A stretch of DNA of 13,606 nucleotides, from positions 1 through 13,606 of the forward strand of contig JBHLQH010000062.1 in NCBI GenBank assembly GCA_048884965.1. The letters run 5' to 3'. Within the stretch, counting starts at the first letter, position 1; the number at the start of each line of letters is the position of its first letter. The position numbers and the translations under genes are program-made. The notes under the pieces are model-generated. The model did not search any database and was not told the DNA's origin. It worked only from the letters and a program-made list of their open reading frames with translations. This DNA is from Candidatus Thorarchaeota archaeon. GTDB lineage: Archaea; Asgardarchaeota; Thorarchaeia; Thorarchaeales; Thorarchaeaceae. This document shows, in pieces, positions 7,961 through 13,606 of this stretch.

Positions 7961-8404
7961 CTATGGTATAATAACCACAGTGTTCTCATGAGTCGTTTCA
8001 CATTTCATGCTATTTGAGATCAAGCAGTATTTTCCAGCAAGCTCTAATCCGCGTTCTGCTTTGTGCTTGAAATCTTCTGATTCGACAGCAACGTTGGCTG
8101 TGATATGCATCTTTGTGAACTGAAATCCCTTCTCGACTCTTTCGAGTGTGCCTTTTGCAGTGCAAGAGAAGGACTTGTACTCGAATCTGAGTTTCATGGA
8201 GAAGGTCACAAATGTCGTCATGAAGCAAGAGGCGGCAGCCGCAACAAAAAGGTCCTCTGGCGATATCACGCCCTCAGGACCATTGAATTCTGGAGGGGCT
8301 GCGACCTCAACGACAGGCTTTCCTTCAATCATCATTGAGCCCTCGCGTCCGTGTGACCAATCGACACGTACGGTATATTCATGTGATTCTGACTCGTCGC
8401 TCAT
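7961..8404 (-). CDS. OsmC/Ohr family protein (paralogue 1)
   Basis: APPEFNG, SPEDLFVAAAASC and KYCLISNSM, with both conserved Cys present. Likely start is ATG 8404 after GGTG; the ORF track starts at 8431. Confidence 0.92.
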   Translation of the reverse strand: MSDESESHEYTVRVDWSHGREGSMMIEGKPVVEVAAPPEFNGPEGVISPEDLFVAAAASCFMTTFVTFSMKLRFEYKSFSCTAKGTLERVEKGFQFTKMHITANVAVESEDFKHKAERGLELAGKYCLISNSMKCETTHENTVVIIP

Positions 8405-8459
8405 TACCAACACCAAGTCCCCTTTGCACAATCTTTAGGAAAAGGGTTTGGGTCTATCT

Positions 8460-8897
8460 TTAGATATCGATGAGAATTTCGTGCTCATGAGTTGTAGGAC
8501 ATTTCATACTATTTGCAACGAAGCAGTATTTTGCCCCTAGTTCCAATGCTCGTTCGAACTTCTGGACTTGGTCTTCTGAACTAATGGTCAGTCGCGTCTT
8601 AGTATGAATCCTCGTAACCTCAAAGCTGCGATCGACTTGTTCGAGGTATCCAATTGATTCTGCTTCAAAGGCCTTGAACTCGATATGCATCTTCTCAGTG
8701 AAGTACACGAACGAATTCATAAAACAGACAGTGCCTGCGGCAACAAACAGCTCTTCAGGTGAATATTGATGAACTGAACCTTCCGCGTCAGGAGGAATTC
8801 CTGTTTTGATCTCTGCTCTTCCTTGTACCCGGACGATTCCTGATTTATACCCAGTCCATTCGACTCGAACGTGATACTCTTCTTGCCTCTCTGTCAT
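8460..8897 (-). CDS. OsmC/Ohr family protein (paralogue 2)
   Basis: SPEELFVAAGTVC and KYCFVANSM; collinear with paralogue 1. Confidence 0.9.
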   Translation of the reverse strand: MTERQEEYHVRVEWTGYKSGIVRVQGRAEIKTGIPPDAEGSVHQYSPEELFVAAGTVCFMNSFVYFTEKMHIEFKAFEAESIGYLEQVDRSFEVTRIHTKTRLTISSEDQVQKFERALELGAKYCFVANSMKCPTTHEHEILIDI

Positions 8898-8952
8898 TAT
8901 CCAAACCTATCAATTCAATACGAGCATGCAACATATGGTTTGTGTATTCTCT

Positions 8953-9723
8953 TTATACTTTCAATGCCTTGAACACCAAGAAAAAGGGTATTCGCCTCTC
9001 TCTCTCAAAGAACTCGTCACCCAGTTCTGGTACTGGTTCTTCGATGGCCTCGATACGGAATCCTGTTGATGTAAGACCATTCACATATGTCGAAATTGTC
9101 CTATGATAGAATGTGATGGGCTCTGGAAACCTCTCTCCCTCTTGGGTGCGCCAATACCTTTCGTATGGTTTCTCTTCCATATAATGGTCCACCTTGAAGA
9201 ACAAACCTCTCCTTCTATTGGTAGAAGGATCCTTTTCACCCATTTCCCAGTCGCCAGGACCATAGAAGTTGAAAGATGGATGGACAATAGATAATACCAG
9301 CATCCCTTTGAGTGCCAAGACTCGATTAAATTCTAGGAGGCTCTCCTTGAAACATGGAACATTTAGAATGACCAAGTTACATAGCACGATATCAAAAGAG
9401 GCATCAGCGATAGACTCCATACGACAGATGCTATCGACCTTATAGTCAAGATCCAAATCCTCCGGACTTTTGTCTCTTGCAATCTCAATCAGATTGCTGG
9501 ATAGGTCAACTCCTGTGACATGTGCACCTTTACTTGCATAATATCTGGTCAGATAGCCCTCACCACATCCTGCGTCCAGAATCCTCTTGTCTTTTACATC
9601 TCCCAGGAGATGCTCAACACATGGATTCAGTATCCTCTGATGATGTGGTGTTCCTTGATCTGAGATCAGCTCGGCATACAATCGAGCGTTCGCTTCCCAT
9701 TGATTTCGTACCGAGTCGACCAT
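8953..9723 (-). CDS. Class I SAM-dependent methyltransferase
   Basis: Motif I ILDAGCGEG, post-I GVDLS, motif II SFDIV and motif III RVLALKG. Confidence 0.92.
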   Translation of the reverse strand: MVDSVRNQWEANARLYAELISDQGTPHHQRILNPCVEHLLGDVKDKRILDAGCGEGYLTRYYASKGAHVTGVDLSSNLIEIARDKSPEDLDLDYKVDSICRMESIADASFDIVLCNLVILNVPCFKESLLEFNRVLALKGMLVLSIVHPSFNFYGPGDWEMGEKDPSTNRRRGLFFKVDHYMEEKPYERYWRTQEGERFPEPITFYHRTISTYVNGLTSTGFRIEAIEEPVPELGDEFFERERRIPFFLVFKALKV

Positions 9724-9786
9724 GCTAGTACATTAGACAATCCCCTCTTCTAAACGTTTAGTCAGAATAAAGGACTTTTTACTCGA

Positions 9787-10182
9787 TTAGACCCTATCCC
9801 ATACTGCATGAACTCGTTTACCTGTTTCTTCTATAACTGGTTGCATTGGACCCGCAGGAGCAAATCCTAATTCTACACCCATCTTCATTATCGAGGAGTG
9901 TGTCACTATCACCTTGCCTTCCTCTTCCGCAACGACAAAACTGCAAGGCATCACAAGGGACATATCCACTGAAACATCCATAGCCTTCTTTGCAAGATCA
10001 GCTGAACATGCAAGTATGAAGGTCCTCTTCGGATAGTCTTCTATGCCTAGTTTCATCTTGAACATATCGTGCATTCCTTTTGAAAGCAAAATAGTAAAAC
10101 CTCCCTCGACCACAAGGCTCTCGACATGTTTCACTGCCTCCTCAAATCCCATATCCAATTCCTTACGTAAAATCTCTGGCAT
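9787..10182 (-). CDS. DUF302 domain protein
   Basis: Pattern FEEAV...GFTIL...K.KLG...ILACSADLAKKAM...SLVMPCSFVV.EEEGKV matches the DUF302 consensus. Likely start is ATG 10182; the ORF track starts at 10221. Confidence 0.82.
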   Translation of the reverse strand: MPEILRKELDMGFEEAVKHVESLVVEGGFTILLSKGMHDMFKMKLGIEDYPKRTFILACSADLAKKAMDVSVDMSLVMPCSFVVAEEEGKVIVTHSSIMKMGVELGFAPAGPMQPVIEETGKRVHAVWDRV

Positions 10183-10229
10183 GGGCAAAGTTAAGAAACA
10201 ATCGTTAATATCAGTTAGCATGTGACACC

Positions 10230-10742
10230 TTACATATTCAGCAACTCAGACAGGGGCATTGCTAGAAGTATCTCGTCGGAGTACTCATCATCATACTTCA
10301 ACCCAGACCGAAGTATGCCGTACTGTATGAAGCCAATCTTTGTATATGCCAGAAACGCATCATGATTGTCCGATTCTACGCTTATCTCTGCAATCTCAAC
10401 CCCGTACGCCTTGAAATGGCTAGCAATCTCCTTCATCATGAGTCGTGCAATACCTAGGCTTCTGAAACCTTCGTGAACAACGGCTTGAACAAATTCAATA
10501 CGATGTCGTTCTCCAAACCACCTTCCTCTTACTCCAGTACAAACCCCTACCACCAGATTCTCCACTAGAGCACAGATGCTATAGACCTCTTCTCTTCCTG
10601 GAGCTAACAAGTCTTCTCGTTGCTTGACGATGGTTTCAATACTTATTCCTTGAAAGAGATTTCTTGACATAGATCCAGCAAGAGTGTCATCGTAGACTTT
10701 GAGTTCTAGTGATTTGCCATTTGGAAGGATATAGTTCGTGAT
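10230..10742 (-). CDS. GNAT family N-acetyltransferase
   Basis: Acetyl-CoA motif A VHEGFRSLGIAR and motif B N..A...YTKIGF. The ORF-track extension to 11015 looks spurious. Start candidates are ATC 10742, CTG 10757 and ATG 10808. Confidence 0.88.
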   Translation of the reverse strand: MTNYILPNGKSLELKVYDDTLAGSMSRNLFQGISIETIVKQREDLLAPGREEVYSICALVENLVVGVCTGVRGRWFGERHRIEFVQAVVHEGFRSLGIARLMMKEIASHFKAYGVEIAEISVESDNHDAFLAYTKIGFIQYGILRSGLKYDDEYSDEILLAMPLSELLNM

Positions 10743-10910
10743 GCATCCACTCTCCAGAAAGGAAGTCAGTATGAAGAAAAGCGGTATATATGTAGTAAGT
10801 TTCAACATATGGAAGAGATGATAAGCTTCTTTACACACTGTCATTCTTGAGACATATACCTGTTTGTTTTCAGAATCAACAATCTTAGATTGATTTGGGA
10901 AGTGAGAATA

Positions 10911-11018
10911 ATGATACAATGTCGAAGATGCAAGAAGAAGATTCGAGGTGAACCTGTTCTTGTTGGCTCTCCACCTCGTGCACTCTGTAAGAGCTGTGCA
11001 GAGAAAATGGCACACTAA
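10911..11018 (+). CDS. 35-aa C4 zinc-finger microprotein MIQCRRCKKKIRGEPVLVGSPPRALCKSCAEKMAH
   Basis: Translated by hand because it is below the ORF-track cutoff. C-x2-C-x18-C-x2-C, SD-like GGGAAGTGA 5 nt before the ATG, and a hairpin plus T-tract right after the stop. Confidence 0.75.
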   Translation: MIQCRRCKKKIRGEPVLVGSPPRALCKSCAEKMAH

Positions 11019-11056
11019 GGACCCTCTAGCAGAATAAGGTCCTTACTTTTTTCTTT
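11016..11056 (+). terminator. Hairpin plus oligo-T terminator of the zinc-finger gene
   Basis: TAAGGACC (11016-11023) pairs with GGTCCTTA (11038-11045), followed by CTTTTTTCTTT. Confidence 0.6.
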
Positions 11057-11077
11057 GATGAGATATAATTAGGAAAA

Positions 11078-11154
11078 TGGTGGACCGGGCGAGATTTGAA
11101 CTCGCGACCTTCTGAATGCGAATCAGACGATCTACCAGTCTGATCTACCGGCCC
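11078..11154 (-). tRNA. trnA-CGC: tRNA-Ala(CGC), intronless, CCA encoded
   Basis: GGGCCGG/CCGGTCC acceptor with G3:U70, anticodon arm TCTGA-TTCGCAT-TCAGA and T-arm GCGAG-TTCAAAT-CTCGC. TATA TTTTAAGA at 11187-11180. Confidence 0.97.
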
Positions 11155-11212
11155 GTATTTTGCGCATCAGGCAGCGATATCTTAAAACCTTGTCTGATGG
11201 AACAAACGCGTT

Positions 11213-11503
11213 TCAGACATCAATCCCAAAAGCCTGAGAGAATCGCTCGATTTTCTTGTACTCTAGCAAGAATTCTCTGCCCTTCTCTGTGAGTAGGTAT
11301 GCCCTGTTGTCACCTTCAGCTAGTTCTTGGATTAGCTCCTTCTCAAGCAATTCGTCAATATACTGAGTGAGCCTGTCGTGTGATAGATTGGCCGCATACA
11401 GTATCTTTGTAGGACCTGCGCCATCCTCTCCCTCAATTTGGATGGCTCGCATCATGTCTGCGAGTATGCGTACCTTTGATCGATAGGCTCGTTTTCTACT
11501 CAT
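11213..11503 (-). CDS. Archaeal winged-helix transcriptional regulator (COG3432-like)
   Basis: YRSKVRILADMM, PTKILYAANLS and YLLTEKGREFL. ATG 11503 overlaps the upstream stop (ATGAGTAG). Confidence 0.88.
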   Translation of the reverse strand: MSRKRAYRSKVRILADMMRAIQIEGEDGAGPTKILYAANLSHDRLTQYIDELLEKELIQELAEGDNRAYLLTEKGREFLLEYKKIERFSQAFGIDV

Positions 11504-12122
11504 CCTTTTGTGCCTGCCTAAGCATGACAAGGAACGAGAACAATCCTAGGAATTGCGCAAATTGACTACCAAGGTAGATGAAATAGGTTCGAGTGTCTAC
11601 AACATCGACCATACCAATGACATGACTGACCAAGATGAATAGGAATCCAACAAAGACATAGAGTGCGAACTTTGTTCGTACTGATGCATAGTTCATCAGC
11701 GTCTGTAGGACGACTACGATGAGAATCAATATTGCTACTACATCCAGCTCTGGCGATATCAGGAACGGTAGGGCCATTGCTGCTACTACGGCAGTCTGCT
11801 GTGATTCTCGACGACCTCTATGTGTAGATGTTACAAAGATCAGATAGGCCATTATCTTCATGACACCCGATGCAATGATGACGATTGCGAGGACTCTTTC
11901 TGAGTTCATATCAGAACCCAAGAAATAGAGTGTCCCTAGCACTCTTCCAAACATCCCCGCGGAAAGGACTAGGAACCCCGTTGATAGGTCTGAGAGCTTC
12001 TTTTGTCGAGTCAAGTTGAATGCGTTATTGGCATAATGTGATACCATCAGTGCGATGATGCCTGCTAACGCCTCAATGAGTAGGTCCACTCGGATTATGG
12101 CTATCAGTACTTGGTCTTGCAT
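11496..12122 (-). CDS. Polytopic (6-7 TM) membrane protein, possible sensor
   Basis: 208-aa hydrophobic ORF with TATA ATATAAAA at 12163-12156; it overlaps the wHTH gene by 8 nt. Confidence 0.82.
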   Translation of the reverse strand: MQDQVLIAIIRVDLLIEALAGIIALMVSHYANNAFNLTRQKKLSDLSTGFLVLSAGMFGRVLGTLYFLGSDMNSERVLAIVIIASGVMKIMAYLIFVTSTHRGRRESQQTAVVAAMALPFLISPELDVVAILILIVVVLQTLMNYASVRTKFALYVFVGFLFILVSHVIGMVDVVDTRTYFIYLGSQFAQFLGLFSFLVMLRQAQKDE

Positions 12123-12163
12123 GCATTACGCCGATCCTAGAATTGTTTCTTCCAGTTTTATAT

Positions 12164-12182
12164 GAGATGAATGAATCATCTC
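12164..12182. promoter_or_regulatory. Palindromic candidate operator next to the TATA box of the 7TM-wHTH operon
   Basis: GAGATGA-ATGAA-TCATCTC, perfect 7-bp arms. Confidence 0.45.
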
Positions 12183-12261
12183 CCTTTTGGGTGATTTGGT
12201 GATGGATTCCAGAAACCCCTTTCAAAACGAATGAACCGTCTAAATTGCTTTAATCATTGCT

Positions 12262-12297
12262 TGAGAAATATCTTTCTCAGTTGATATTACTTATATG
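12262..12297 (+). promoter_or_regulatory. Palindromic candidate operator plus TATA box of the ABC substrate-binding gene
   Basis: TGAGAAA-TATC-TTTCTCA (12262-12279) followed by TTATATG (12291-12297). Confidence 0.45.
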
Positions 12298-12367
12298 CAA
12301 TTGTGTTTCTAGTTTTTACTAATTCGCTAACGTTTCGCAATCTGCGAAGCGAAGGAGGAATTTAACC

Positions 12368-13606
12368 TTGGAGAGAAATCAATTAATCGCAATAGTAGTC
12401 ATTATTGTGATTGTTGGTGGAGTAGGCGCAGCTTTTCTGATTATGAATCCCCCGGTGGCAACACCTGATCTTATCATATTTGGGACCACAGATTCAGTAG
12501 AAGCTAGTCTAGATCCAGCTCAATCGTATGACTATTTTGGTTGGGAAATCATCACTGCCCTAGGTCAAGGCTTGGTAGAAATTATCCCGGGTACGTCCGC
12601 TGGTGCGGATGATATTCGTGGCGCTCTTGCATCATCTTGGACAGTGAGTACAGATAAGAAGCAATGGGATTTCACCCTTCGACAAGGACTAGTCTTTGCT
12701 GATGGTAAGCCCTTCAATGCATCTTGTGTGAAATGGGCATTTGATCGTAACATCGGTATGGCCCTCGAGGATGGTCCACAGCTCAACATGGGCTATGGCG
12801 ATATTATCGATGAGGTTGTTGTAACTGGCGACTACACTGTCAGATTCAATCTTAAGATCGCTTTTGCTCCGTTCTTGCAGCTCATGTCCTGTGCTGCATC
12901 TTACATCACTCACCCTGACTTTAAGGATGATACTACCTACGTGGAATACAGCGACACTCTTGGACCCGATGGAAGTCATCCGAATGGCCTCGGTCCATAC
13001 ATTCTAACGAACTGGACTCGTGTTGGTGGTACAGACACCTTGATGCGTCTTGAAGCAAATCCGAACTACTGGAACGCCTCATTACCAAGAACCGATACCA
13101 TCGTCATACAGTTCTACTCGACTGAAACTGCACTTGCATCAGCTCTCACCTCAGGTGAGGTTGATGTTGCCTATCGTCACTTGACTCCTGCACAAGTCGA
13201 TACATTCAGATCCAATGTGAATTTCCGTGTTTGGGAAGGAGTTGGTGCGTCAATCCAATACATGCTCTTCCAACAGACTATCTATCCCTATAATGAAACC
13301 TTGATTCGGCGAGGAATTGCCGCAGCTTTGAATAGATCGAACATCGCATATACAGTGTTCCAAAATACCGTGGATCCGCTTTACAGCGTAATCCCAGCAG
13401 GTATGGCCTATCACAGGCCATCGTTTGAGATATATGGCGAGGCGAACTACACATACACTCAGGAATGCTTAGAAGTCTATGGCTATAATTCGACCAATAA
13501 ATTGCAGGTACACCTATACTACGAGAGCTCTGGGCACTATCCGTCGAGTGAGTCACAAGCCACTGTGTACAAGAGCGATCTCGACGCGAGCGGTGTGATA
13601 ACCGTC
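12368..13606 (+). CDS. ABC transporter substrate-binding protein, family 5 (DppA/OppA-like), truncated by the window end
   Basis: Absent from the ORF track because it has no stop in the window. SD GGAGGA then TTG 12368, N-terminal TM anchor, and motifs SLDPAQSYD, LASSWTVS.D...WDFTLRQGLVFADGKPFNA..VKWAFDR, GLGPYIL, LEANPNYW and SGEVDVA. Confidence 0.93.
   Translation, partial: MERNQLIAIVVIIVIVGGVGAAFLIMNPPVATPDLIIFGTTDSVEASLDPAQSYDYFGWEIITALGQGLVEIIPGTSAGADDIRGALASSWTVSTDKKQWDFTLRQGLVFADGKPFNASCVKWAFDRNIGMALEDGPQLNMGYGDIIDEVVVTGDYTVRFNLKIAFAPFLQLMSCAASYITHPDFKDDTTYVEYSDTLGPDGSHPNGLGPYILTNWTRVGGTDTLMRLEANPNYWNASLPRTDTIVIQFYSTETALASALTSGEVDVAYRHLTPAQVDTFRSNVNFRVWEGVGASIQYMLFQQTIYPYNETLIRRGIAAALNRSNIAYTVFQNTVDPLYSVIPAGMAYHRPSFEIYGEANYTYTQECLEVYGYNSTNKLQVHLYYESSGHYPSSESQATVYKSDLDASGVITV

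Noticed and set aside
9725-9747. SD-like GAGGGG followed by ATG-TAC-TAG mini-uORF just before the methyltransferase ATG
   Set aside because: A TATA-like TTTAGA about 26-31 nt upstream of the main ATG suggests a leaderless transcript that would exclude it. A two-codon ORF is easily chance.
7961-10182. Selenocysteine or pyrrolysine recoding in the redox-type genes
   Set aside because: The catalytic positions are ordinary Cys codons in uninterrupted frames. No in-frame TGA/TAG with continuing homology was seen.
10809-11015. N-terminal extension of the 261-aa GNAT ORF in the track
   Set aside because: It does not look protein-like, spans an AT-rich promoter region and overlaps the better-supported zinc-finger gene on the opposite strand.
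1919-11154. Region bracketed by two tRNA genes with similar 3' ends, as a possible integrated element with att repeats
   Set aside because: The similarity is ordinary T-arm/CCA homology between two complete tRNAs. There is no integrase, and the interval carries core genes (pyrH, valS).
1-13606. CRISPR array, IS element, tandem repeats or rRNA
   Set aside because: No regularly spaced repeats, transposase-like ORF, terminal inverted repeats or rRNA-like sequence were seen by eye.

Overview
Archaeal chromosomal window of about 44% GC. TATA-like promoters, GGTGA/GGAGG Shine-Dalgarno (SD) sites, bulge-helix-bulge tRNA introns, archaeal PyrH and ValRS all point to archaea, and the gene style suggests Asgard/Thorarchaeia (inference, not verified). 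Gene order: a partial CDS, CPBP/CAAX intramembrane protease, orphan 7TM protein, tRNA-Leu(CAA) with two introns (37/38 and non-canonical 53/54), small hypothetical protein, alpha/beta hydrolase, wHTH, pyrH, a membrane-anchored surface protein and valS. Then come two tandem OsmC paralogues, a SAM methyltransferase, DUF302, a GNAT, an unannotated 35-aa C4 zinc-finger microprotein, and tRNA-Ala(CGC). At the right end, a translationally coupled 7TM + winged-helix pair is divergent from a family-5 ABC peptide-binding protein, with palindromes and a 10-codon sORF between them. No mobile element, CRISPR array or rRNA was seen.
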